A stretch of DNA of 64,000 nucleotides, taken from contig CAWJLE010000002.1 of NCBI GenBank assembly GCA_963843645.1, positions 189,909-253,908 on the forward strand, written 5' to 3'. Every line of letters starts with the position of its first letter. Position 1 is the stretch's first letter. This document shows, piece by piece, positions 7,801 through 16,705 of this stretch. A model generated the notes under the pieces. It did not search any database. It was not told the DNA's origin and saw only the letters and a list, made by a program, of their open reading frames with translations. Source of the DNA: an uncultured Chloroflexia bacterium. GTDB lineage: Bacteria > Chloroflexota > Anaerolineae > DAOTYC01. A program made the position numbers and the translations under genes.

Positions 7801-8030
7801 GACGTGTTCGGCAAAGAGGGACGAGGTACTACCACTTCTGGAGACTGGCGGCGTCTCCGGGAACGAGCACTGTGTGGTCACGATCGTGTCTCCAGAAGCC
7901 CCGCGCATGGGGATAAAGCTTCATCGAATACCAACAGAAGTCGGTGAAGCAAAGAAGGTCCGACGAATTGGCCCGGGAATCGCCATCGTGCAAACAACAT
8001 GCCGAGTCTGACTTTCTCTACGGGAGGGGG

Positions 8031-8723
8031 ATGCAAGCCAGAATGGACAACGAACGCCTGACACAGAAGAAACAGCAGCGCTATGATTTCCTCAAGAAGC
8101 TCTACGATAAGACGGACGGAAAAGATCTTGTTCCCGTAAACTTCGACGGGTTCGCGGAAGAACTGGGTTTGAACAAAGAAGCCACACGTGACGTCATCCA
8201 GTACCTAAAGGGTGAAGGCTTAGTGAGGCAGCACACCCAAGAACTGGTGAGCATTACGCACGCGGGAGTTCTCGAGGTCGAGGAGACGATGGAGCATCCA
8301 GATAGGCCGACGTCCCATTTTCCGCCCGGTGTCAACATCCTGCATATCGAGACCGTGAAAGACTCGCAAATACAACAGGGGACCTTCGCCTCGTCGCCCC
8401 AAATCCAATTCCGTGATGACGAGATATCAAGAGCCTTTGCCAGCCTATTACAACAGGTTGAGTCGTTGGCAGAAGGACCAGACAAGCGTGACGCCAAACA
8501 TGCGGTGGAGATGCTTGAAGAAGAGGCACGCAAAGGCACACACGCTCATGAAGGAACCGTGCGGAGGTGGCTCAATTTCCTTCTCGAAACTGCCCCAGCC
8601 GCCGGGGAAGTCGCGGTGACCACCTTCATCAATCCAATTGCCGGAGTGGCTAAAGTATTCCAGAAGGTAGCAGAGAAGGCGAAACAGGAAAGAGAACAAG
8701 GCGCCCATCATGGCCCGAACTGA
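8031..8723 (+). CDS. winged-helix (wHTH) DNA-binding protein with uncharacterised C-terminal domain; first gene of the low-GC island
   Basis: ATG after GGGAGGGGG RBS. N-terminus (KKLYDKTDGKDLVPVNFDGFAEELGLNKEATRDVIQYLKGEGLV) is a typical wHTH. GC ~50% vs ~68% in flanks. Confidence 0.65.
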   Translation: MQARMDNERLTQKKQQRYDFLKKLYDKTDGKDLVPVNFDGFAEELGLNKEATRDVIQYLKGEGLVRQHTQELVSITHAGVLEVEETMEHPDRPTSHFPPGVNILHIETVKDSQIQQGTFASSPQIQFRDDEISRAFASLLQQVESLAEGPDKRDAKHAVEMLEEEARKGTHAHEGTVRRWLNFLLETAPAAGEVAVTTFINPIAGVAKVFQKVAEKAKQEREQGAHHGPN

Positions 8724-8771
8724 GCATCCTGCGAAGAACCTCGCCACTGGAAACCTCAGCGGAGGCGACAG

Positions 8772-9719
8772 ATGAGCGACAAGCAGAACGATGATATCCT
8801 GCAGTCCACGACGCCCAAACCTTTTGTGTTCGTCTTGATGCCCTTTGATCGGTCATTTGACGACATTTACAAGTTCGGAATTAAGGGCGCAGCGGAGCAA
8901 GTTGGAGCCTATGCAGAGCGGGTAGACGAGCAGATCTTCACTGAAGGTATTCTCGACAGGATCTTCAGCGAGATCAACAAGGCTGATGTAGTGGTTGCAG
9001 ATATGACAGGGCGAAATCCCAACGTGTTCTACGAGGTCGGCTATGCCCACGCTCTGGGCAAGATCGTGCTGCTGGTGACAAGAGACGCCAACGACATTCC
9101 CTTTGATCTTCAGCACCAACAGCACACGGTCTATGGCGGGAGCATCGACACATTGAAGAGCGAGCTGGCTAGAAAGCTGCGCTGGGCAATTACCAATCCG
9201 AAGGCAAGATCAGCCGACGTCGTCGTCACTCTGCAGTTCTCGCGACTCGATTCACGCCCGCCCAAAGCGTATATACTTGAGGTGCATATAGCGAATGATG
9301 GGCTTGAGACCATAGAACGCTTCAGTCTGCAGATTGAAGCCCCGCACTATCAACCCAGTAGGGAACCAAAGAATGTCCGTACAGCCGATCTGAGTCTTAG
9401 AGACCATGCTCTTGACCGCTGTGAGACTGAGTTTCTCTCGTTCCCAGACTCGACAAGGACGTCTTTGAAAATGACTTATTGGTCTCCGCATCCTCTCCTG
9501 CCTGGGCAGCGGATCTCGTTAACCAGCAAATTCCGCTACGGACTCGAGTTCCGTGGATTCGACAAGGCCCAGGTCCTCGAGTGGTTCAGAGTCACGTCAA
9601 GCCTAGACAACTCCAAGTTGTCTTGGTCTCTCTATTGTGATCGCCGACCTTCCACAAACGGGCAGCTTTCACTTTCCGAACTATTCGAGGCCGAGCCGTC
9701 GACCTCGGTGTGGCTCTAG
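8772..9719 (+). CDS. nucleoside 2-deoxyribosyltransferase-like / TIR-like (SLOG-superfamily) N-glycosidase-motif protein with unknown ~170-aa C-terminal domain
   Basis: FVFVLMPFD…ADVVVADMTGRNPNVFYEVGYAHALGKIVLLV matches the NDT/DNPH1-type motif (β1-Asp; catalytic Glu in the E-x-G-Y-A motif). GGAGG RBS. Low GC. Confidence 0.65.
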   Translation: MSDKQNDDILQSTTPKPFVFVLMPFDRSFDDIYKFGIKGAAEQVGAYAERVDEQIFTEGILDRIFSEINKADVVVADMTGRNPNVFYEVGYAHALGKIVLLVTRDANDIPFDLQHQQHTVYGGSIDTLKSELARKLRWAITNPKARSADVVVTLQFSRLDSRPPKAYILEVHIANDGLETIERFSLQIEAPHYQPSREPKNVRTADLSLRDHALDRCETEFLSFPDSTRTSLKMTYWSPHPLLPGQRISLTSKFRYGLEFRGFDKAQVLEWFRVTSSLDNSKLSWSLYCDRRPSTNGQLSLSELFEAEPSTSVWL

Positions 9720-10037
9720 TGCGCCCTCATGGGTTCTCGGATCCCGCCTTCGCCATGGCTGTTTCGACGACGTGATCACATTAACCTGATGTGGCCGACT
9801 CATGACATGGGCTCGACTTGTGGATCGCTCAGATGTCGCAGATGTGTGTGAATCCGTGGTGCCGCAACTGGGGCGAAGCAAGCAGAAAAGACGTGTCCTC
9901 GCGGTGCAGCGCAGCCGCGCCTAGAGCTGAGGCCGGGGCAATTGTTGCCGTTTCGAGCGGACAGTGTTCCTGAACGAGGGCCAGTCTCAGTGTCGCCGGA
10001 CGATGCCCGCCACGCCAGCCCGAAAGGGAGATAAGCC

Positions 10038-10988
10038 ATGACAGACTGCGATGCCCCGCCCAACTCGTATGATCGATTTTATGAGCACAATCGCGACACC
10101 TTTGGAGAGTACATGCCAAAGGAAAAGCTGATGGATGCTCTCTACTATCATTTTCTTCCATCTCAATTCGCGATAGATGATCTTGCAAAGCAGAGGATCA
10201 AGGTTAGTACAATAGACACTCTTAATGACCCGTTTGAAATGAACCCCTATATGCGATGCGATGACGACATAAGGCCGGAGTATCGCGAGGAGCGCAGCAG
10301 AATTTGTGACAATTACGGTCTCTTGTGTTTTTGCCATGACTGGCGCGAAACGCTTCTGTGGTCGTACTATGCCGACAAGCACAGAGGCATTGCAATAGGC
10401 TTTGATATTCCATCGGATGACGTGATAGAAGTTTGCTACACCCTCAACCCGACAAGGCAACGAGTTGAGCTGACGGATAACCCAAGAGAGGTCGAGAAGC
10501 AATTCCTAGATTTGGCCAAGGTCAAGTACGGAGAGTGGATGCACGAGAGAGAAGCCAGAGTACTAGTCGAACGGAAAGACTGGAAGGATGAACCAGTTGA
10601 CAAGTGTGGGAAGCAGGCCCTTTACCGCTTCCGCCATTTTGACAATAGGCTACAAGTGAAGGCTATAGTGTTGGGCTGTAGGTTTCCCTATTCGAAAGCA
10701 TGGGAGGACATACTGCGAGAAGCCAAGAAGCTGGAGGCTTGGATTGTTCCTACACGAGAGGCCTGGGAAGGCTACAAGATACGTCTACGCAACCGCAAGG
10801 CCAAACCCGGCACATCAGAGTGTCCGTCCGGCAGTCCATCGGCGTCTGGATCCCCCAGTTCTAGCGCCTCCCCGTCGGAGTGTACGTTTCTCAGTCCGTC
10901 GGCCTCTCCATCTGCCGGTCCCAGCGCCTCCCCGTCTGCGTCCGCATCTCCCAGTCTCAGTGCGGATGAAGATATGCCAAACGATTGA
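10038..10988 (+). CDS. DUF2971-family protein with C-terminal Ser/Pro-rich low-complexity tail
   Basis: Signature motifs LNDPFE and LLCFCHDWRETLLWSYYADKHRGIAIGF match the DUF2971 hallmarks (NDPxE; MWshYAd.hkG). Tail PSGSPSASGSPSSSASPS… is encoded by imperfect ~60-nt repeats. Confidence 0.75.
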   Translation: MTDCDAPPNSYDRFYEHNRDTFGEYMPKEKLMDALYYHFLPSQFAIDDLAKQRIKVSTIDTLNDPFEMNPYMRCDDDIRPEYREERSRICDNYGLLCFCHDWRETLLWSYYADKHRGIAIGFDIPSDDVIEVCYTLNPTRQRVELTDNPREVEKQFLDLAKVKYGEWMHEREARVLVERKDWKDEPVDKCGKQALYRFRHFDNRLQVKAIVLGCRFPYSKAWEDILREAKKLEAWIVPTREAWEGYKIRLRNRKAKPGTSECPSGSPSASGSPSSSASPSECTFLSPSASPSAGPSASPSASASPSLSADEDMPND

Positions 10989-11175
10989 TGTCCTGACAAA
11001 GAAATCATTACGGCAGCGGCGCAGCTTCCCGCTTGTTGCCTGCGACCGGCCATTGGCCAACAGAACGACAAGTTGCTGACCCCCAAACTGCAGGGTGAGC
11101 AGCCGAAGTATCCGTACGGCACGGAGATGACGTTCAAGCAGGCGCAGCGTTGCTATTCTGGAAGTGTGGAGAGCG

Positions 11176-12012
11176 ATGACTGTGCGTGCGCTCGTGGAGG
11201 AGAACAGTGCCATGACCAGAAGGGAGCAAAAGGAAGAGGAGTTGGTTGTCTTCAATGAACTGAAGGCCATCGTTCCGCACTTCCCCACTGCAGAGCAGAG
11301 TGAGTGTCCTGATTTCTTGGCGGAGACTAGCGCTGGGACTCTTGGCATCGAACTCGAGTGCTACATACGAAAACAAAACCCGGGCGCATCTGACGACGAT
11401 AATCCACGTCAGTACGATCAGTTTCGAAAACAGGTTCAAGCCGAGACTCAAGCCAAGTTTGAACGAATGTGCCACCCTCCCGTTTTGGCCACCTTCTTTT
11501 GGTTCTCGTATGACCTGATTCAGAGTAGGAAAAAAACCAACCCGACATGGTATCGAACAAGACCCGCGGAGTTGGCGTCCCAAGCCGCCGATCTGATGTG
11601 TCGCTCTTTGTCCGGGCTTGGCCCGGAAGTAAACCGGATAAGGATCCCACACGTCGAAATGCCGCAATCTCTTCGAGGTTATCTTCACTGCATTGATATG
11701 TGGATCTGGCCGGGTTTGGAACGCACTGAGTGGTCCGCGGTCGATTCTGGTCGGGTGACCGTGGCACCTCAGGAACTGGAGAGACTTATTGCATATAAAG
11801 ACCAAGCGAAGCTCAATGAGTATCTGAAACACTGCCAGTCGTGCTGGTTGGTGATCTACGCAGACGGCAAGCACATCTCCTCCACTGCCTTAATCAGCCC
11901 CGAACTTCCGGCTTACAGATTCAACACGCGTTTCTCGAGGGTATTGTTCTACTATGATCGTTATGAGCACCGTTACCTCGACCTTCTCATAGGGAATCGC
12001 GGTAGTTCCTGA
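11176..12012 (+). CDS. hypothetical protein (last gene of the low-GC island; weak PD-x(n)-ExE nuclease-like motif)
   Basis: ORF 11164..12012. ATG at 11176 after GGAGAG. Low-GC codon usage. PDFLAETSAGTLGIELECYIRK is only weakly nuclease-like. Confidence 0.55.
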   Translation: MTVRALVEENSAMTRREQKEEELVVFNELKAIVPHFPTAEQSECPDFLAETSAGTLGIELECYIRKQNPGASDDDNPRQYDQFRKQVQAETQAKFERMCHPPVLATFFWFSYDLIQSRKKTNPTWYRTRPAELASQAADLMCRSLSGLGPEVNRIRIPHVEMPQSLRGYLHCIDMWIWPGLERTEWSAVDSGRVTVAPQELERLIAYKDQAKLNEYLKHCQSCWLVIYADGKHISSTALISPELPAYRFNTRFSRVLFYYDRYEHRYLDLLIGNRGSS

Positions 12013-12205
12013 ACCCTTCGATCCGGTGAGCAATTCCAAGCTCGGCAAAGACCTGCGGGCCTCCTGCCCGAGTGCCTTCGTTTCTGCTCTAATCCTCGTC
12101 CGGCAACATGATCGTGATCACCGGCTCGCCGGCGTCTCCAGGGCCGCACACGGCCTTAAGGGTGATGAGCTGAGTGCGGTTCCCGACGCGCGGGTGGGTC
12201 GTCCA

Positions 12206-12283
12206 CGAATAATGGCCGCGAATACACGAATAGCGCTCACTGGAGAGGTCGTTATTCGTGTATTCGTGGCCGTTATTCGCGGA
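12206..12283. promoter_or_regulatory. 27-bp inverted repeat (CGAATAATGGCCGCGAATACACGAATA … TATTCGTGTATTCGTGGCCGTTATTCG) upstream of phzF
   Basis: Near-perfect inverted repeat separated by ~22 nt, ~75 nt upstream of the PhzF start. Confidence 0.4.
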
Positions 12284-12358
12284 TGGCCCCCCGCGGGCTT
12301 GCCTTCGCGCCGCAGATATGCTAGAGTCCCGACATCCTGGCGAATAGCGGAGGCGAAT

Positions 12359-13237
12359 ATGCTGGCACGCCGATTCAAGCAAGTCGATGTCTTCACGACG
12401 CAGCCGTATCGCGGCAATCCGGTGGCCGTCATCCTCGATGCAGACGGACTCAGCACGGAGGATATGCAGCAGATCGCGGCCTGGACGAACCTCTCGGAGA
12501 CGACCTTCGTGCTCCCGCCGACACAGCCGGGCGCGGATTTCCGACTGCGGATATTCGGGCGGGTGAACGAGTTGCCCTTCGCCGGCCACCCGACGATCGG
12601 CAGCGCCCACGCGGTGCTGGAGAGCGGGTGGGTCACGCCGACCGCGGGGCGCATGGTGCAGGAGTGCGGCGCGGGCCTCCTCCCGCTCCGGATCGAGACC
12701 GGCGGCCCGGCGCGCCGCATTTTCGTGCGCGCGCCTGAGCCGCGCATTGCCCCGCTTCCGGCCGCGGCCGTCGAGCAGCTCAGCGCGGCGATCGGCTCGA
12801 CGGTTGCGGGGGCGCCGCTGGCGATCGACGTCGGCCCGGTGTGGCTGGTGGCCCGGCTGCCGGACGAGGATGCCGTCCACGCGCTGCGGCCGGACATGGC
12901 GGCCGTCACCCGCCTGAGCCGCGACCTCCACGCCGAAGGCGTCATCGCCTTCGGGCTCACCGGCCGGGCGACCTACCAGGTCTACACGCGCGCTTTTGCC
13001 CCCGTGGTCAACGTGCCCGAGGACCCGGTCTGCGGCTCCGGCAACGCGGGTGTGGCCGCGTTCCTGAACCACTTCGATCTGCTGGCGGCGACGGGGCTCA
13101 CCTATACCGCGCAGCAAGGCTACGAGGTCGGTCGCTGCGGGGTGCTGTCGGTCTGCGTGGACCCGGCCGACCGTTCGATCGAGGTCGGCGGGTCGTCCGT
13201 CACGTGCGTAGACGGCCTGCTGCGCGATCCCGCGTAG
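12359..13237 (+). CDS. PhzF-family phenazine-biosynthesis-like isomerase
   Basis: MLARRFKQVDVFTTQPYRGNPVAVILDADGLSTEDMQQIAAWTNLSETTFV… is the classic PhzF/YddE N-terminus. In frame with ORF 12026..13237. Confidence 0.9.
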   Translation: MLARRFKQVDVFTTQPYRGNPVAVILDADGLSTEDMQQIAAWTNLSETTFVLPPTQPGADFRLRIFGRVNELPFAGHPTIGSAHAVLESGWVTPTAGRMVQECGAGLLPLRIETGGPARRIFVRAPEPRIAPLPAAAVEQLSAAIGSTVAGAPLAIDVGPVWLVARLPDEDAVHALRPDMAAVTRLSRDLHAEGVIAFGLTGRATYQVYTRAFAPVVNVPEDPVCGSGNAGVAAFLNHFDLLAATGLTYTAQQGYEVGRCGVLSVCVDPADRSIEVGGSSVTCVDGLLRDPA

Positions 13238-13599
13238 ACAGGCGCTCACGCACTTCCCCCGCACGAGGTCCGGTGTTCGTCGGCGGCATGGATACCGGCG
13301 GCGTTGGCGCCCAGCGCGCGGGACGTCACCACGCCCTGGCGGTCCCGGCTGTTTGGGTCCCGGGGCAGCCGCTGCCCCCCAGGCCCGCCTCTGAATCGTT
13401 GTGACTCGAGGCCACCCTGCCCGACCGGACAGGGTGGCCTGATTCGTGGGCGCCCCCATCACGTGGATTACCCCGCCCGTCATTCTGAGTTTTCGCATAT
13501 TGCGAATCCATCACTGACAGTTGGGCCGTATATGAATTGTATGCACGATTATTGACATCAGGCTTTCGACGCACGTTCACTTACATGAAGGAGACAACG

Positions 13600-13920
13600 A
13601 TGCCGAAATATCTCGTTCAGGCCAACTACGTCGGCGAAGGAATCAAGGGACTGCTGAAAGAGGGCGGCTCGGGTCGACGCGACGCGATCGAGAAGATGTT
13701 TAAGTCAGCGGGAGGCAGGATGGAAGCCTTCTACTTTGCTTTTGGCGACACTGACGTATACATCATCGCCGATCTGCCCGACAACGCATCGGCGGCGGCG
13801 CTGGTTCTGACCGTCAACGCATCCGGCGCCGCGTCCTGCAAGACGACGGTGCTCATCTCGCCGGAGGAGATCGACGCCGCTGCGAAGAAGTCACCGAGTT
13901 ACAGACCGCCAGGTCGTTAG
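13600..13920 (+). CDS. GYD-domain protein
   Basis: MPKYLVQANYVGEGIKGLLKEGGSGRRDAIEKMFKSAGGRMEAFYFAFGDTDVYIIADLPDN. GAAGGAG RBS. A TTGACA -35 lies ~45 nt upstream. Confidence 0.85.
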   Translation: MPKYLVQANYVGEGIKGLLKEGGSGRRDAIEKMFKSAGGRMEAFYFAFGDTDVYIIADLPDNASAAALVLTVNASGAASCKTTVLISPEEIDAAAKKSPSYRPPGR

Positions 13921-14045
13921 GCGGGGCAGGGGCGTGATGCGTGGCGGGAGCACGGTGCCTCATCTGTCCTCGGACTCACGGGCCCACGAGCGGCAGCGCG
14001 ACCTACCGCGCCCCGCCTCATTCAATCGATTAAGGAGAGCTATTT

Positions 14046-14478
14046 ATGTCAGCACAAGACGAAGTTCGTAAGGCATCAGAAAAATTCTACGCCGCGCTGA
14101 ACCATTTGGTGAAGGGGGATTCGGCTCCGATGGCCGAGATCTGGTCCCACGGTCCCGACGTAATGACCATGCATCCGGTCGGTGGTCGGGAAGTGGGCTG
14201 GGACCAGGTCTGGGGAACGTGGGATCAGGTCTCCAAGGGGTTCTGCGTCTGGTCACGTCGAATTGAAAGACCAAATGATCCAGGTGTTCGGGGATGTGGG
14301 CTACGAGCTCGGCACCGAGCAGGGGCATGCCAAGCTCGGCGGCGAGGAGATCTCGTTCGAGCATCGCGTCACCAACATCTATCGCCGTGAGGCAGGCGCC
14401 TGGAAGATAGTCATGCATCACACCGACGTGTCGCCGGCGATGGTGGCTATTCTCAAGCGCATGACGGCGCACGCATAA
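14046..14478 (+). pseudogene. SnoaL-like/DUF4440 (NTF2-fold) protein, +1 frameshift near 14250
   Basis: N-terminal half is in frame 14046..; C-terminal half (…GDVGYELGTEQGHAKLGGEEISFEHRVTNIYRREAGAWKIVMHHTD…) is in frame 14182..14478. Confidence 0.6.
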
Positions 14479-14641
14479 GGAACCCGTGGCCGGTTTCATC
14501 TGCCGCGACAGGGTATCGCACTGAATTAATGGGAGTGCCCCCCGGTGATCGGAAGCCGGAGGGCACTCCCGTCAATTTTGATGGAATTGTCCGGCGCGCC
14601 GTGATCGGGTGTGTGCAGGGATTTTGGGCGAGACAGCGGTC

Positions 14642-14785
14642 GGTACTGGGGCGACCAAGGTCGCGTCTGGATTACGAAGCCCGCCTCCGCGGGCTACGGC
14701 AACAGGAAGAACGGTCCTTCTGTCGCCGCAGCCCGCGGAGGCGGGCTTCGTAGTCCAGACGCGACCTTGGTCGCCCCGTACCGCC
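14642..14785. repeat. MITE-like palindromic repeat, family P1 (…GGTCGCGTCTGGATTACGAAGCCCGCCTCCGCGGGCTA… hairpin)
   Basis: ~145-bp near-perfect palindrome. Other copies at 55170-55325 and 63621-63775. Spurious ORFs translate it as …RSRLDYEARLRGL…. Confidence 0.75.
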
Positions 14786-14933
14786 GACCGGCACCCCCGC
14801 ATGGACCCCCTGTACAGGCTCCGCTTGGAAGATAGCCATGGCCGTGCTACAATAGGTAAACAAATTGTTGATATAGAGTGACACACCATCCTCCTTTCCG
14901 GTTCGCAGCATCTACCTTGCCCTGGGGGACGTC

Positions 14934-15719
14934 ATGGCGGAGCCCAGAATTCTGATAGTGGACGACGATCCCGGCCTCAGATCGATGCTCGTCCGCGTCC
15001 TCGCCATGGACAAGCACAAGCCGGACGTTGCCAGCAATGGCCTCGAAGCCATGGAGATGATCAAGGCCGTCCACTACGACCTGATCCTGCTCGATCTCGC
15101 CATGTATCCGGTGAGCGGCCTCGAGGTGCTCAAGTTCGTGAAGGAGCACGACCCCGACGTCGTGGTCGTCATCCAGACGGCCCATGCCTCGCTGGACAGC
15201 GCCGTGGAGGCGTTGCGCCTCGGCGCGTTCGACTATCTGTTCAAGCCCTCGTCGATAGACACCATCCTGCAGCGCACCCGCGCCGGCCTGCAGCATCATG
15301 CGCAGGTGCGCCGCCGCAGCGAGGTATTGAGTCAGCTCGACAAGCTGCGGGAGGCGCTCGATGGGATGCCGGCGCCCATCGTCGCTTCGACCCCGCTGCC
15401 GGACCGTGAGCCCCTCATTTGTTCGGGCGGACTCACCATCGACCGGTCCAGTCGCACCGCGACCCTGGACGGCCGGACCCTCAATCTGACGACGACCGAA
15501 TTCGACATGCTGCTGTGCCTGGTCCTCAGCGCGCCCGCGGTCTTGTCCGCGCCGGAGCTGGTCAAGAATGCCATGGGCTACGCCGCCGGTGAGATCGAGG
15601 CGCGCGAGCTGGTGAAGTGGCACATCTACCAGCTGCGGCAGAAGGTGGAGCAGGACCCCTCCAAACCCAAGCGCATCCGGAACGTGCGCAACAAGGGGTA
15701 CTTCTGGTGCAGCGAGTGA
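14934..15719 (+). CDS. OmpR-family response regulator (REC + winged-helix trans_reg_C); orphan
   Basis: ILIVDDDPGLRSMLV…DLILLDLAMYPVSGLEVL…, C-terminal …LTTTEFDMLLCLV…VEQDPSKPKRIRNVRNKGYFW. No kinase gene adjacent. Confidence 0.9.
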   Translation: MAEPRILIVDDDPGLRSMLVRVLAMDKHKPDVASNGLEAMEMIKAVHYDLILLDLAMYPVSGLEVLKFVKEHDPDVVVVIQTAHASLDSAVEALRLGAFDYLFKPSSIDTILQRTRAGLQHHAQVRRRSEVLSQLDKLREALDGMPAPIVASTPLPDREPLICSGGLTIDRSSRTATLDGRTLNLTTTEFDMLLCLVLSAPAVLSAPELVKNAMGYAAGEIEARELVKWHIYQLRQKVEQDPSKPKRIRNVRNKGYFWCSE

Positions 15720-15769
15720 TCTAACCGCCGGTGCCCGATCGTTCCGCCCTGCGCGCGCCGCGCACCGCC

Positions 15770-16030
15770 GCCCTTCGCCGTCGCGCCGCCGCCCCTCGCC
15801 GTCGCACCGCCGCCCCTCGCTGTCGCGCCGCCGCCCCCGAATACTGTCACCCTGAGGAAGCGCCGTATGCGACCGAAGGGTCTCGCGCGCGAAAGACGAG
15901 CCCGTCTAGGTCGACCAAAAGGGCTCGTCTCTCGCGCGCGAGACCCTTCGGTCGCATACGACGCTCCCTCAGGGTGACAGTAATCGAGGGCGGCGGTGCG
16001 CGACGAGGGGCGGCGGTGCGACGGCGCGAC
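15770..16030. repeat. composite palindromic repeat, family P2 core (GTCACCCTGAGGAAGCGCCGTATGCGACCGAAGGGTCTCGCGCGCGA…) flanked by inverted 21-bp tandem repeats
   Basis: Core hairpin 15846-15981. Left arm has 3× CGCCGCCCCTCGCCGTCGCGC; right arm has their reverse complements. Related copies at 27228-27410 and 63361-63520. Confidence 0.7.
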
Positions 16031-16240
16031 GGCGAGAAGCGATCTCTCTCCCAACCCTCCCAACTCTCGCTTCCGGAATCGCCAACCCTCGCTAACCGCA
16101 CCCGACCGTTTCATATGGTATGCTGATATACAGAAAAGAACGCGACGAACACGGTCAGCCCCTCCTGGCGCCAACCGTGCAGCCCAAGGTGCAATGCGTC
16201 AGGCAACGGTCGCGGCAGAGCATCGCCAGAAACGGAGCGC

Positions 16241-16705
16241 GTGCCGGCAATGAAAGACTCTTACGTCCGCCTCAATCTGGAAGATCACGAGTTCCAGCAG
16301 ATTTCGGTCATCCTGAGCGATCTGAGCGCCCAGCTGCCCGCGCGCTATGTGTTGTTGGTCGGCGCCGGGGGGCAGGTCATCGCCGAGTGGGGACGGCGCG
16401 GAGCGAGGAACCCATTCACCCTGGCGGCGCTCATCGTGGGCGAGAAGATGCTTCAGACCGAGCTTTCCCCAACGGAGGGGGAGAGCGAGCCTGATCGCAT
16501 CGTGATCATCGACGGCCGCGACGAGCTGCTGTTCGTGGCGCAGGCCGGACCTTACCTGGCGGTGATCGTCATCGCTTGTCGCGAGATCGCCGTCGAGTGG
16601 GCGAGATTCCTGATACCGCATGCGGTGAATCGTCTGCGCAAGCTCGAGGTGAAACCGGAGGATGCGGACCACGAACCCTGTCTCGACTTCGATGGCGTCG
16701 ACTGA
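16241..16705 (+). CDS. Roadblock/LC7 (MglB-like) domain protein
   Basis: Alternating hydrophobic β-strands and Gly/Pro turns (YVLLVGAGGQVIAEWG…RIVIIDGRDELLFVAQAGPYLAVIVIA) fit the roadblock fold. Confidence 0.5.
   Translation: MPAMKDSYVRLNLEDHEFQQISVILSDLSAQLPARYVLLVGAGGQVIAEWGRRGARNPFTLAALIVGEKMLQTELSPTEGESEPDRIVIIDGRDELLFVAQAGPYLAVIVIACREIAVEWARFLIPHAVNRLRKLEVKPEDADHEPCLDFDGVD

Noticed and set aside
7712-7943. tRNA or att site at the GC-content junction
   Set aside because: No tRNA-like cloverleaf (no GTTCGAATC T-loop, no acceptor/anticodon pattern). The structured sequence there is better explained as the duplicated promoter and leader element.
9987-10502. 171-aa minus-strand ORF overlapping the DUF2971 gene
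   Set aside because: No RBS, no motif. The plus-strand DUF2971 frame carries the family signature.
12089-13498. 469-aa minus-strand ORF overlapping phzF
   Set aside because: Antisense artefact of the GC-rich PhzF gene. PhzF motifs are unambiguous on the plus strand.
14529-14911. Small ORFs encoding …RSRLDYEARLRGL… / …LSPGLSPAKGEEN… / …EGSRARKTSP… peptides at many loci
   Set aside because: They are translations of the MITE-like palindromes (families P1-P3) in both orientations, not genes.
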